DNA of 63,863 nt, filler included, from Choristocarpus tenellus KU-1152 (taxonomy: Eukaryota; Protista; Phaeophyceae): NCBI GenBank assembly GCA_964200185.2. It is 13 parts of 13 records of this genome, joined end to end, with 100 filler letters (N's around TTAATTAATTAA, not from the genome) between each part and the next. Parts side by side here need not be neighbours in the genome. Positions count along the whole stretch, not along the records: positions 24,165 to 27,315 come from CAXNAD020021944.1; positions 27,416 to 31,956 come from CAXNAD020014088.1; positions 32,057 to 38,319 come from CAXNAD020008540.1; 10 more parts are not named here. One strand, 5' to 3'. Position 1 is the first letter of the stretch. Every line of letters starts with the position of its first letter. The position numbers and the translations under genes were made by a program. A model generated the notes under the pieces. It made no database searches. It had not been told where the DNA came from and saw only the letters and a list, made by a program, of their open reading frames with translations. Positions 24,197-37,352 of this stretch are shown in pieces.

Positions 24197-27100
24197 TGCG
24201 CTGGAATGCAAGATGCAGATGGAGCAGTCCATAGTATCCTAAGTAGTTGAATGCAAAATAAAAACCCATACATATTCCCATTCATAATCCGGATGTGCTA
24301 TCTCATTAGTTACACCTCTCATACACAAAATAAGGCACACCTCACTATTGTGCTATTTTGCACACTCCCTCAAGAGAGTGCAGGCAATGAAGGGTGACTG
24401 GAACTCTCAAACCTAAAGCGTCTTATTCTGAGCACTCCCCCATGAGAGTGGAAGTAAAAGAATTGGTTCAACTCTCACACACATCACATTTATCCTGTCA
24501 ATGCAGTAAAATAACGCAGATTGCTTCAACTTCAACACACGACATTCATCTAGTCAACACAGTGTCTACAAAGTCTTCTGCCTGCTTCTTAGGTGATCTT
24601 TTGGTCAAGATATCTGCAAGTTGTAGTGTTGTTGTGGGTTCCATTCCTTCACGAACAGTGCTCTCTGCATAGAAACGCTGGTCCAGTGTGATGCCAGCCT
24701 CATCTTGGTTAATAGCCACCCCAACTAACTTGTCTGGGGTCTCGAGGTCCCGTTCTTTGCGCTTGGTAAGCAGTTGCTCTTCATCCTCTATATTTCTTCA
24801 TCGAAGTCTCCAGTCAATGAGATGTCATCTGACGTGTCCATCAAACAGTAGGCATCATCCGTGCTTGCCCTGAGCAGATTGACTATATTCTCTCCCAGTT
24901 CCTGGGTATCACCAGAGTGTAAATCCCTGCAGTCCACCCTGGGTTGTTCAGCTATCCTGGCTGACCTCTGTTGTCCACTAGGTGAACTTGTTGAGTTCTT
25001 TCTTGCTCGTGGCTGTTGCTTGTGGTATCGGATCGACTGAAATATCGAAATCCCGATCAGAGTCGTCTTCAGTATCGGAAATATCTTCATCATCTATCAA
25101 AGTCATGGTCTCTCTCTCCCCCACCAAGTCCATGATGTGTTCGTCTGGCTCGAACGTCACTTGGGCTGAGGTTACCAACATGGCCTCTTGAGGAAGTCAG
25201 ATGTACCAACACAGTGATGTACGGTCGTGTTCCATGATTATACCTCGCTTGGCGTATGGGTGAAAATTTGAACTGACTCCCCTCTGCTGCTTGTCCTGGT
25301 GAACATAGCACTCGCTCCCCGAGGTCTGAAGCCTATAATAGTTCAAAGATTTACCTGTTAGATGCTCGCATGGTATCTCTCCTCCGAGGTATTCGTGCGT
25401 CATGTCTCCAGTTCTTAGGGCGACGTCTGTGATGGCGAAGAACCAGTATTTGTCGCCCAGCCCAACCTTTGCCAGTTGACTCCTTACTGCTCCCATGAGT
25501 TGCTTTATCACCCTTTCGGCGATCCCGTTACTCTGCTGTGTTCTCAGTGGAGATTTCCTCCATCGGGTACCGTTGTTTGCCAGCATCCTTTGGAACTTCA
25601 CCAATCTCCCAAGCTCGCCAGCACCATCTCCACTGATGCATTGGACTCGTATACCTTCCCTGGCCATCTGGTCGATATAGGCAGCGGTTGCGTCCTTCGC
25701 TGCATTTTTGGTTTTCAATCCATAAACCCTCTTGTCTCTGCTGCTCTCATCGACAAACACCTGGAAATATTTATGACCAGTGATGTCTGCTTGAAAAGGT
25801 CCCACCAAATCCGTGTGGACAACCTCGCCGGGCTGCTTGGGGTCCTGCCACCCCGTTGATAGCTTAAGGCCTCGGATTTGCATTCCTTGCAGGTCTCGCA
25901 CCGCAGTTCTGACACCACAGTAGCATCAGTGATCTCCAAAAGTTCACGTTTCTCGAGATGCTTGATTGCTGATGGATTGATGTGTGACCCAATATGTTGT
26001 GCCAGTCCCTCAATATCAGCCTCTGCTTTTGGTTAGCTCACGCAGCGCTGGCTCTCGATTCTTGTTCTGTGATGATTATGGCTCCAGTTAAATTTAAGAG
26101 CCCCCCCGACCTTTGTAGCTTTTTAGGTTTATCATGGGCAAATTCTTGGAGGTCCTCAGATAACATTTCTTTGGTTCCTGAATCCATAAATTCTCCTCCA
26201 TTCCGTCGTATACTTCCAGTACGCAATATGTGGCATGGTAGACCTGGCACCCATAGAACATCCTTCAGAACCACTCTCGTTGGTTTGCCGTCCTTGTCTG
26301 TCACCATTAGAACCATATCCCCGGTTTCCTTCACTTCCAATTTCCCATTGTTTCCGAAGGTGCATCTCCGTTTGGTGCCCCGAGTGCTTATGAGATCTTC
26401 ATGATCAGGTGTAAGATGTACGTTTGCTCCGGAGTCACAAAATATCTCGACTTGTCTTCCACTGGAGGAGTTGAACAGGTTCAAAGTATCTGGGGGGTTG
26501 CGACTGTCCATTTGGGGCCAATTTTTTCATGTCGCAATTTTTGGGTGATTTGGTTCCGTAATTCGAATGGATAATGAAAGTGTACTTTTCCTGGTTTGGG
26601 TCCAAATGGACACTCGGGTGTAGACCCCCCCCCACCCCCCCCAGATACTTTGGGTCACACCGCACTTTTGTTAACCTCCTCGTCTGCTGTCACCTTGAAA
26701 GTGGAGATGGAACACACTTGGTTCCCGTCGACTCTGTCACTGCTCCCACCAGGTTGATGAGGTAGCGGAAAAGTTCTCACTGGTGCCATCCCTGGCGGAT
26801 GTGTTGCAGGTGGCTTTCCATTCAAATATGAACGACACTTCCGCCATTGGTGGTTCATCTTCAAGCAGTACATTGGTTTGTTTTGGGGCCACTTCCAGCT
26901 GATCGCCTGGTCTTCCGAGCATGACCGTTCCTTACATTGCCATGCATTGCCAATACCACATCATGCCCATCTTGGCCTGAGTGAAGGTAAGTTGTTGACA
27001 AAATGATTGCCCGTTTGAGCTCCTCATAGCTGATGTCCGAGTGTGCTATTAATTGCGCAAACACATATGGCATTGTTTCCTTGATCCCAAGCAGTATAGA

Positions 27101-27315
27101 TGCCCTCTTCATGTTTTTGGATTTTGGCTCCTTGAGCTCCTCGAATTCCGCAAGTAGTCGCTCTAGCTTCATGACAAAATCAATGCTGTCCTGAGACGCC
27201 GCGCACCGCAGTTCTCGGAGTTTTGCCTCCAAAGTGATGACCTGCACGGGGATCTTGTGTTAAAGTATCCCCAAAATCATCAAAGAACATAAAGGTGATA
27301 AACCCGGCGAGATTG
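24197..27315 (-). mobile_element. Degenerate Ty1/Copia LTR retrotransposon with most of RT/RNase H deleted
   Basis: Domain order: gag (26861-27247), frameshifted Zn knuckle (YCLKMNHQWRKC), protease (EIFCDSGANVHL), GAG-pre-integrase (WHNILGHIN...CETCKECK), integrase (VHTDLVGP...VFVDESSR...SNGIAER, 25197-25901), RT stub (DLETPDKLVGVAINQDEAGITLDQRFYAE), RNase H end (QLADILTK). Purine tract GAGGGAGTG precedes a putative 3' LTR at ~24197-24362. Confidence 0.92.
26478..26656. mobile_element. MITE subfamily A inserted in the Copia gag-pol
   Basis: TIRs GGTTCAAAGTATCTGGG...CCCAGATACTTTGGGTC; TSD ACA. Removing the element plus one TSD restores the frame ...NKSAVFNSSSGRQVEIFCDSGA. Confidence 0.93.
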
Positions 27316-27599
27316 NNNNNNNNNNNNNNNNNNNNNNNNNNNNNNNNNNNNNNNNNNNNTTAATTAATTAANNNNNNNNNNNNNNNNNNNNNNNNNNNNN
27401 NNNNNNNNNNNNNNNATGCCAAGTCTAGAGGACAGTGCCTTGGCGGCTGTGTACATGGACATAGAGATTTATTGCAGCATGGGTGAGTGGTCGGGATGTG
27501 AACATGGAGATATGTGCGACTGGTAGGGTTGGTTGCTGTATCCATCCTGGACCTGGTGTGAGGGTGGAACCGGACAGATTCGACATCCAAATCTAACAA

Positions 27600-30240
27600 T
27601 TGATCGTGTGTTTGCATAAGGCACACCTTAATCTCCGGGCAAGTCTTTCGTTGCAGGTTCGCCTCCACCACCAGGGCGTATGCATGGACGAACTCGTTCG
27701 ATGTGACACGGGTGCTGTGAGAGTCCAATGTACAAGGGCATTTCCAGATCGAATGAGATTTCCAGTCACACCGGTCACATGTACCGTCGATACAAGAATT
27801 ATTGAAACTGCCCAAGGAACCGCCAAGGAACCGCCTGAGCACGGTTTGCTGAGGGGCTCCAGCATGGTCCTCTCGCATCTGTTTTGTTTCGATTAGTCCA
27901 AAAGTGGCTTTTGGTGTCAGTGTAGAGGTCTGATTATCGGATCGCATGTCATTAGTGGAGTCCGGCTGTAACTGCCACATATTTAGAGGATGTGGTGAAA
28001 CGGTTTGGGAGCGAGTATATAATGTGTGTATCTACAGTGGGTTGACTTTTTCGTTGTTACTCCAGCTCGTCATGCTGACACACTCGCCATGTCGTGGGTG
28101 TGGTTTCGCACAGAAACTTACAGGAAGAAGGCCATGAAATGAGCAGCACTTTCGAGTGCAGCCTCCACTTTTTCAGAGTCGCATCCTTTGCCATTGTCGC
28201 AGAATGCACATGTGCATGCGCAAGTCCGTTGTCCATCGTCACCAATGATCGTCGTTGAATTTACTTTCTTCCAGTTCTCTCTTAGACACTGAAACTGAAG
28301 GTCGGTGGTCATGTGGTGAATGCAAATGCACGATTTGTATTGTGTGGAAGAGTGGAGGGAGGGATATGGTGGGTTAGCACCCCCTTTGTATGAAGACGGA
28401 CTATGCGGTACGTGACTGGGTAGCCTGTGGCGGTTAGGAACCATACACTTACCCAAGAATCACTGTAGCGTGTGTCCCAAAAATCGAAAGACTATTTCCA
28501 CACACACCTTGGCGTGGCCTTTGTGACGTAGAACGGTTTCCACTTCACGAATGTCGACAGACAGGGTATTGGTCCTGACGTCCCCTCCAGTTCGAGTCTC
28601 TCCCTGGAGTTGGCATAGACATCCTCATCTGTCTCAATCTGTGTCCTGTTATCACGTCGGTTGCATCATGTTAATGTAGTGTTATGTGGAAGTTTCGTTG
28701 GTGGAGGAGCCAAAGTATCTTAGAGGGTAGGACCACGTCCATTTGGGGCCAAAATCCAATGTTGCGATTTTGATGTAATTTTGGCTATTGTGTTTTTTGG
28801 GAAGTGTCAATATATCCTTGTTCCGGATACACCTTTTCATAACGTATACATTTTACCTACTCCAAAACATTTTGGAGTAGGAAAATATCATAAAAAATCC
28901 ATGGGAAACCAAACCCCAAATGGACAAACAGGGCAAAACTCTTACCCTCTAAGATACTTTCACTCGGAGGATAAACGCGTTAGAAAGATTAATCCATATA
29001 GTGTGAAGGTTGGATATGTGCAACGCTTGCAACGATGTGAGTTGCTAGTGTGGAGTACCTCTGAGCGTGCTGTTGACACAGTTCATCCGGGCGGCGAACT
29101 CTCTTGTTCGTATGCGGGTCCAAGTAGTGCATGCCCTGAGTGGAATCATGAGACGTGACCGGATCGTGGGGCATGGTGGTGTTGTTGCTCTCCCATACGC
29201 TGATGACAAGAACATTTGTATCAGGATGCTGCACATCGAACTGTCGCGAGGAGCTGTCCCTTCCCAGGTCGAATACCCTTGGTCTGTCGTTTTGTCCGAG
29301 GTAACGATGGAAAATGTGGGGCGGGTGTCAGTTGCTCACCACGATATAAAGGATCATTCGAGCATCTGTTAATGATTAAATTGTTCTTGGACATACAGGG
29401 GATGTGTTCGCCCGTGGGCGAAGTTATGTGTGTCACACCATTGATGGTTAGTGAGAATGAACTCCCATACCTCTGGACGGTGCCTTGTGGAGAGCACAGA
29501 AGGGCGTGAGTGTCGGATACGGGAGACAATCCTCCAGCGTCATTCGCAGGCGCTGCAGAGGGGCTCGTCTGTCGCCGCATGTCTCGTATGAATTCCGTGC
29601 GTTTCTTCACGGATGACCTTAGTGCTTCGACCTTGATGTCGTATTCTCTTGTTGTGACGGATAGAAGAGGTTGAAACGTTGATGACACCCCGTCATCCAG
29701 TATTTCAACATCAGGAGCAATGCTGACGAGGATGGAGTTGTATACCTGGCGGCTGTGCTCGGTGCTAAGATCTTTCTTTACACATTCTAGGAATGTCTTG
29801 ACCTGGAGATTGGGCTAGGACTCGTGTTGTTCTCAAGCCAGCACAACTCGCAGCGCTCTCGCCAATGGTGCAAACATGCTTTTCTCTTGCAATAACCAAG
29901 AGGCAAGGTCGTTCCAAGTGCGGCCGCTTCCTTCCATCTCTTCTAGACCATCGGGGTTGAAAAAAATGGAGAGGAAGAGGTCCATGATCTGGTCCGTTTT
30001 GAGTTTCTTCCATGAACGAGCGGCACTGGTCTTGGGCAGTCTCTTGAGTCCCCGCTTCCTGAGTGGGATTTAAATGAGGTTACGATATGGGTTGGTGGGT
30101 TTTTCTCTCTTTGACACTCAAGTTCGATGTTGATGATGCGAGCATCGGTAATGCTGCCACTTTGTTCGGATGAGGCGGCGTGCACAATATTTGGTGATGA
30201 TGTGTTCGACGGAGTAGGGCCGTGTTGGGTGAGACCCAAC
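27600..30240 (-). pseudogene. Decayed, intron-containing Sola(2)-like DNA transposase
   Basis: Ordered minus-strand motifs: QQHAQR|TQIETDEDVYAN...STFVKWKPFYV (~28530-28650), KSCICIHH (~28315-28340) and SCIDGTCDRC (~27765-27795). These resemble the S-x-F-x3-[RK]P-x2-V / C-x-C-x2-H / C-x4-C-x2-C series of Sola-type transposases. Frameshifts and stops are present; catalytic residues were not located. Confidence 0.55.
28707..28965. mobile_element. MITE subfamily B
   Basis: TIRs GAGCCAAAGTATCTTAGAGGGTA...TACCCTCTAAGATACTTTCACTC; 4-bp TSD GGAG. Lies in a predicted intron of the Sola-like gene. Confidence 0.93.
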
Positions 30241-31860
30241 GTTCAACACGTCGACAAGGGGGTGCTGGATACATCGAGAACCGAAACCGACCCGGTTAGA
30301 AGATCCTGAAAAGGTGTGCATTGTGTATGCAGGCACTCGCGATCCACATCAAAAAGGTTATGAATACATTTCATGAGGCACATAGGACGAAGTGAATTGA
30401 GTTAGTTTGTCATACGGCAGAGTGTGTGCTTTGATCTGAGTTTTTGGAAAACAGTTGATAAATGCTTGGTGGGTGTCACCCCCGAAAATATTGGCATATG
30501 TATGCACTACAATTGACGTGTTCTGTCATACGGTAAACTATTGTGTAGGGTGGGTTTTTGGTGGAAGGGATACCGAACGTTTCATGTGGTGACGGTCTAT
30601 ACATATCCCCAGATGCACATACCATTGTTTGTGCCTCCTTCTCTACAGGGGATGTGAGATTGCTCTTGAGTTGTTGGAAAATCGAGGACGATGGATTGGA
30701 GGAGTGTGGCTTGACATAAGTCGTTATGTGGACCGCCGCAACCTTTTCCATATTTGCCATGCGGTAAATATGGAAAAAATGATATGAGGTGAGTAGATGA
30801 AGGAAGAGCGAAACATGTGTTGGCATAGTTTCGGGATTGTAAGGGTCAGGGATGGTGTTGGGGTTGAGGCACAGCGTTAGGGTTGGGACAGGTGTTAGGG
30901 TTGGGATTGGAGACAGAAACAGAAAGGAACATTGTTTATTTCCGGTACATATCAGAGTCAATGTATCGGAGAACATGATCTTTGTTTTTAGGTTTCGTCT
31001 GCTCTTGAGGGGAGGACGTGTGTGTCACCGGTTCAGAGCTATGGTGGAACCGGTGAACACCACATGTCTCTGATTTCGATGGAAATGTGTGATTTCGGAA
31101 GGACATGGTGACTATATGCTTCGCTATGTCTAGTCTTCAAGCGCTAATCCCTCGTTCCGTTAATTACAGAATGCACAGGCTACATTTGAATGCGTCTAGC
31201 TGCGATGGAGGCCTGGCCTTACCCTTGAGATGTCCTGGGGTCTACCCTCCGGAGTCCACGAGTTCATTCCTGTTGTTAGCCAGATCCCCCAGTGGCTGAC
31301 GGGTGGCCATCCTACATCTGCGGTGCGATGGGTATGGTCCTCTCGAAGAACTGTGACAACGATTCCTCTATATTGTCCAGGCCCATTGATTTGTTGTTGA
31401 GTGAGTGAACGAGTGTGGGGTTGGTCGCAAATGTGGTTTGGCGAAAGTTCTTTTTTATGCACTATAATATAATTACTGAAATTGTATTTTATAATATATG
31501 AAAAAAAGATGCAAATTCGACGTTTTGACCCTTTCGCACCAATGAAGAATTAGAGGATGGAAAGTTGTATATATATGCAACTGTAACTCTCTATTTTTCT
31601 AGTTCAACGTCGTCACAGACATATATACATATAAATTTCAATATATTAGCGAAGAGGGCAAAACTCCCCTTTTAAAATTTCCTGTTTCATTCCCGAAAAG
31701 AAGTAACACTCGAACTAGGCTGTTTAGAAAAAAAAGGTCAAAAAGAACATACTTTCTTGGTCAAGGGAGACTAGGTGCTATCCCTTCTACGAGGATCGAG
31801 CTCGCCTGCTGCTATCCCTGTGTGTTGTACGTAACACTAAATGCCGGGTGTGTCGGATGG
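29655..31860 (-). mobile_element. 5' region of the Sola-like element, copy 1
   Basis: Reverse complement aligns with 38490-41167 (e.g. GCGCTTGAAGACTAGACATAGCGAAGCATATAGTCACCAT and GGAAGGAAGCGGCCGCACTTGGAACGACCTTGCCTCTTGG). Confidence 0.85.
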
Positions 31861-31883
31861 GAAAAAGATGACAGGACTTCTTC

Positions 31884-31956
31884 TGTTGAACTATCCCACA
31901 CTGGACCCGCGGCTATTATGGTGCTTTAATGAAGGACAAAGAACAGCTTGACGTAG
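31884..31956 (+). mobile_element. Probable LTR terminus truncating the Sola-like element
   Basis: Same start sequence as 5513-5536. Confidence 0.55.
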
Positions 31957-32499
31957 NNNNNNNNNNNNNNNNNNNNNNNNNNNNNNNNNNNNNNNNNNNN
32001 TTAATTAATTAANNNNNNNNNNNNNNNNNNNNNNNNNNNNNNNNNNNNNNNNNNNNCGACAAGTGCAACAAAATCACACCAAAAAAAATAAAAATCAAAA
32101 AAAGGGTGAAAAACGGACGCCGACACCCCCCCCCAGATACTTTTACCCAGATCGACCTCTTCTGAGTGAAACAAATTGTAGAAGGCTATAAAACATCAAA
32201 CTGTGTATCTGGTTGGCGACAACCCAAACACATTGTGCAAGTGTCTTACTTAGAGATATCTATTTTACAAATTGAGAGAGTTAAAGTTACGCAGTGCAAG
32301 TGGTTCTCCTTCCAATGGATGGAATATTTCAGGATGAATGACAACAAGCACTTACGACAACCCAAGACACAATTCTTCATCCCTAAGCAGTACAAGTATA
32401 CCCCTCCAAATGTCTTTGGAGTATACAGAGACCTGCTGCCATCCCCATTCCATTAGACCGATACTCCAATCACTCTCCCTCTGTATCTATTCCTCCCTA

Positions 32500-32803
32500 T
32501 ATGAATACATGCTATGGTTCCAGTGTACATGAAATGAGACTTGCCCAATGCATTGTGCATGGTGATCACATGATTGCTCTCAAAGCTCTGAGAGGGACCT
32601 CTCTCCTTCACGATGACTTCTCCCTACTGGAGTGGGTTATGGCTTATGACTCCGAGTTGCCTCCTGGCGATCATATGAAGATGTTTCCTTTTGATCAGGT
32701 AAAGTCGTTGAATATTGAGAAGGAAACTGCAAGGAGATATCTGACTGCAATGTGCTGGCAGTGGTTTTGCTCAACACATTGTATATCAATTATTAAACGA
32801 TGA
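32500..32803 (+). pseudogene. Possible Ty3/Gypsy RNase H remnant
   Basis: HGDHMIALKAL...LLEWVMAYDSELPPG loosely resembles the TDHxAL...RW...YDF.I.Y.PG pattern. Confidence 0.25.
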
Positions 32804-32913
32804 AATAAGAGGGTCAAATACAATCCCATTGTAGGACTCGTGTTCATGTTGGACTGATGCAGTTTGTTCTCAGGTGCTGTGTTGTTCATGTCGTTGTTTT
32901 ACAAAATGTTGAC

Positions 32914-33175
32914 GGTGAAAGTATCTTAGAGGGTACTAGTTTTGCCCTGTTTGTCCGTCTGGGGCTTGGCTTCCCATGGGGTTTTTTATTACATTTTCCT
33001 ACTACAAAATATTTCGGAGTAGGTAAAATGTGTACGTTATGAAAAAGTGTGTCTGGAACAAGTATAGTGACGCTTCCTAACAAACACGATAGCCAAAATT
33101 TTATCAAAATCACAACATTGGATTTTGACCCCCAAATGGGCGTACGTGGCTCTACTCTCTAAGATACTTTAGCTC
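32914..33175. mobile_element. MITE subfamily B
   Basis: TIRs GGTGAAAGTATCTTAGAGGGTA...TACTCTCTAAGATACTTTAGCTC; 4-bp TSD TGAC, assuming a 1-bp loss in the left TIR. Confidence 0.9.
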
Positions 33176-34937
33176 TGACTGCTGTGCTTTCTCACCTATG
33201 GATGCATGAGGGAACACTAGGAGCAATACCTACTCTCCGACTCCCAGCAATGATACCATTTGAGACATTTGATTTTGTAGGGTCAATATGTTACACGTGG
33301 CATTGCTCTCATTTAACCCTACCGCAGCCGCAAGAATAAGGTTACTCCAAGTCGCTGAACACTTGCCTCACGTCCCACAAGGCACCAGCGTTATCAGGCA
33401 AGGGTCCGATCTCCCTTGACAGTACGCCTTCTTGCCACAAGTTGGAGGACCAGTGCAGATCAAGTTGTTCCATGTCACACCCTGATAATCCTCGTGAGCA
33501 TTATGCTGTGATGTGTCGAGTGGCAAGTTCTCCATGTCGTAGGTAAGATGTCATAAACTCATTTTGCGCATGCTGTAAAGGTCGTTCTTCACAAAAAGAA
33601 ATACATAGCATTTGGAGGAAAGGTCAAGTTCTGCCGGCTAGTTTCTTCTAAAACAGGAAATCATTCAGAATCTGCCAAAAAAAAATCTGATACAGTTGCT
33701 GACATTATGCTTTGTGCAACACCAGATGTGCTTGGGCAAGATTTTAGTTTATTGAAGGATTGATTTCTCGTTGGAGTCAGTGCCTTCTCAGTTGCCTGGC
33801 ATAATAAGCCCTGAAAGTAGTATGGTTTTGCAATTTTCTTTGATTTTTTTATTTGCAGTGTCTAAGAAGCCTGCCACATTTCTAAAAAAATACAGCATTA
33901 TTGAGTTTGCCTGAAGAGCAACCCTAGCATATGGACTTGTGCATGTAGCACCTTGACTGTCTCTTTGTCACTACTTGGTCTCACGACAGTATACAGACAC
34001 AAACCACACTAGTGCGTAAAATCTCGATGACCCACTCTAATGAATGCCCATCAGGACAACACAGCTCTCAATCTGGTTGAATGCATAACTCCTGTTCATC
34101 TTTAATGACAAATACCACAATAGTCCAGTCTTCCATACTTCAACCCATATTCAACTGTGTAGCCGCCTCAACCAAGTGAAAATCACCTTGTACTAACTCC
34201 TCACCACTTTACCACTTCTCGCTTCTCGAACTGGATGCAGGCATGAGGGGATAGCTGTGAGTTCCTCTTTGCCCACATCAGGCTCAGGCATAAAGTACTA
34301 TTCTTGGGAAAAGATGCACGCAATCTTCGAGGACAAGCTCGATCTTGCCATGCATCCTGACCTTGAACTACTTCTTGAGGGCAAGAATAAATCGTTCCCA
34401 AGGACTCGTTTACCTTTTCGAGTCTTCTCCTTTATTATCACATGGAAGGATATTTGTATTGCGATCCTCACTCTGGCTATTCTCCATTTATCATGGAGGG
34501 TTCAGGTGAAAAGCTGTTGCTCTCTCTCTATTTGTGCTGAAGATCTCATCCATTGTCGTGTCCACCACTGATATTCATGCCGTTAACATTAAGACACAGA
34601 GTGGATAATGGCCACCTTGGTGTGGACAAGCAAAATAGTAGTGTGCAGTCTGCAATACTGAAGCCTCCCTCGGTGTTTGCGAAAAGTAATAGGTGTGTAA
34701 GTGACACAGAATCATACTTACGGGAAAATGTGGTTCATTGCCACAAAAAGTACTATAGTGTCCAATGCACCCTTGGGTCACCAACTGAGGAGTGCAGTGA
34801 AGTATTCCATATTAATTGCCCATCAGTAAAAGTTGTATTCACCACAAAGTCAAATATTGCAATGAACTAAACCCCACAGCCCTACAATTTGGTCGAAATT
34901 TTATTCTCGACGTGCTTCTCCCTTCACCTTTGTGCAG

Positions 34938-37352
34938 GCCACATCATACTCACAAGCAAGCCCACTACTGAAAATTTCACCATCCATCTCTGCTCAACCG
35001 AAAGCGGAGGCAAGAAACGTAGAGCTTCAGACGGTAGATGACAGCCCTACAAGAACAGCAGGTCGGGAGATCTTGGTGGGCATCATACCATCCGTGCAAC
35101 CTTGTGGGAATGAACGGGATGAGAAACCCAACGAGCGACGAAGATTCAACCCCCATGAGCGCCCAGCCAGCCGCCCCACTCACAGCAAGGTAAGTGTAAG
35201 TACTTGCTAGAAGATAAGGTGATATTATTTTCGTTTATTTTGAAGGTGGAGATTGCAAGGCACTGACGCATTTGATACATATCTCGAAACGTTCTTTCCA
35301 CAAAATCCACCTACATTTCGGAGTATTTATTATAGTGTAGACGCAAGTACGTTTTACTCTTCACAGTACCATGTTCGAAGTATATATATTGTGCCCTGTG
35401 TTCGTATATATGGAGATAGAGCATAGACGATTTTTCTAACCCTAGTATGACTTACTTACTTGTACCACCTTGGGGATGAAGACCCCCAAGTGGTGAATAT
35501 GTCCCCTCCCTACTATAAATGATATTACAAGGTAGTCAGCAGGGAGAATGTTCGACTACAAATTCTGTATCGCAGTTATGCAAACAAGATATGGCACCAC
35601 CACGTCGCCTTCTACCCTCGTGTTGAAAGATATGTGCTAAAGTAGACATGCTCAACGTTTCCATTGATTAATAGTGTAGCTAAGGAATATAAGCATACCA
35701 TTTACTCACGATTAGCCAAGGGAAGCATCGATCCACCTAACTAAGCATCACCTCTACTAAACCCTACGATTACCATTCTCACCCCTACCGATTCTGTCTA
35801 ATTTCCTCACACCCAACGATCAGGCACAGGGCAGCCTTCTCAGTCAACCATCAAATCAGAGCTACGCGGGTTTTTTTAACCTCTTAGTCATCTTTTCTAT
35901 GGTGTCTGTAATTGGGATCACGGCTCACGTACTTGCTGCAGATAGTCTTGTTGTGTTTGACATCTTTTGGATGTTGCATAGTAAAATCATCTGCCCAACA
36001 ACTGCACTGCTTCGGGAGTCACCTCTTCTATTGCGTGTGGCAGCACTGGCGATTCCGGTCGCAACAGCATACATGATCGAGATCGTAGCTATGCCCAAAC
36101 GCAAACATGAGGAGGATCTGATCAACAGAGGCGAGGTGAGTGGTCTATTAGCTCGACAAGTGGGGTTGTTATTGAGTATGCAACCTCGGAGTTTGTTGAG
36201 TACAGAGAGAAGTACCTCCAGTGGAGAGGGTGGAGTGGCGAGGATAGCAATTAAGCTTCTCATATCTTTCGGTTATGTTGACAAATACGAGTAATTGGAA
36301 GTAGTAGTATGTTTCAGTGTTGCGAAGATGCTTACACCCCAAGTTTGGTGAAGCGTTGTAGTGCATAGTTCTGGAGCTCTAAGTGTTTCCGCTGGTATAT
36401 TACAATGTGCGAGGTGTCTTTATCGTTCATATCATCGAGGATAGGCCATCCCCTACCAGGAGCAGGGCACACGCAGCACTCTGGTCCCAGCGGACTGTAT
36501 ATAGCCTGTCTCTGGTCTGCTTATTCTCTACAACGCGTCACAACAACTGTCTGCTCCACACACCCCTCCTCTATTCCGCCCAGGCAATGTTCATACTGAT
36601 GAATATTTTCAACATGTTAATGATGCTAGGGGCTTCGACGACCACCATTTGGTGGTGAGTAGAATCATGAACCTTTCGCCATCTCCGACCCGATTGATCA
36701 ATTCCTCTTTGTCCCATTTGAGGTCTCGATGAACTTTATCCTTGACACACGATGTGTACAGACGTTAAGCTGGTAGTGCCCTATGAGTGAAATGGAAAAG
36801 TAGTTCATAAATAGATGTGGCAGTTCAAGGAAATTGTTGTTGAGCTCTAGGATATCAGACAAAGAGGTCTCCCGTGCCCCCAGGGAATGTAAAGTTAAAG
36901 GGCAATGAACTGCTAGTATTTGTAGTATCGTAACATATTGAGGTGATAGTAGTCATACACATGGTTTATCAACATCCTATACTACAAATGAAACAAAGCC
37001 AATGACAGACAGCAATGCTCGATAACCAGCAGAGAAAAATGTAGTAACAAACAGAAGACAACTTCACCCACACAACTTCACTGCAAATGAAAGGTCATCC
37101 GAGAGTTTTCTGTTCAACGGAATATCACTTTTCACGACGCTAATCGTCTGGATGAAGCTGATCTCCTACGCCCACGTTATGATGGACTATCGGGTCACCT
37201 GGAGAGTCAAGGCGGACGCGTCTGAGCCCACCAACGGTGCTGATAACTGTGTTGGTTGTATCTATCCAACAGCACCCAGTCTGTGCAACCTGCTGTACTT
37301 CTTGGTGGCCCCAACGCTGCGATACCAGCACAAATATCCGAGGACAAACCAG
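34938..37352 (+). CDS. DGAT1: DGAT1-type MBOAT acyltransferase (partial, 4 exons)
   Basis: Exons 34938-35189, 35824-36135, 36584-36654 and 37094-37352 splice in phase to ...RPTHSKAQGSLLS...SYAGFFNLLVIF...IVWMKLISYAH...IYP...NLLYFLVAPTLRYQHKYPRT. These match the DGAT1 motifs PAHR..ESPLSS, NY.G..N, KL.SYAH and YF..APTLCYQ..YPR. Confidence 0.85.
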
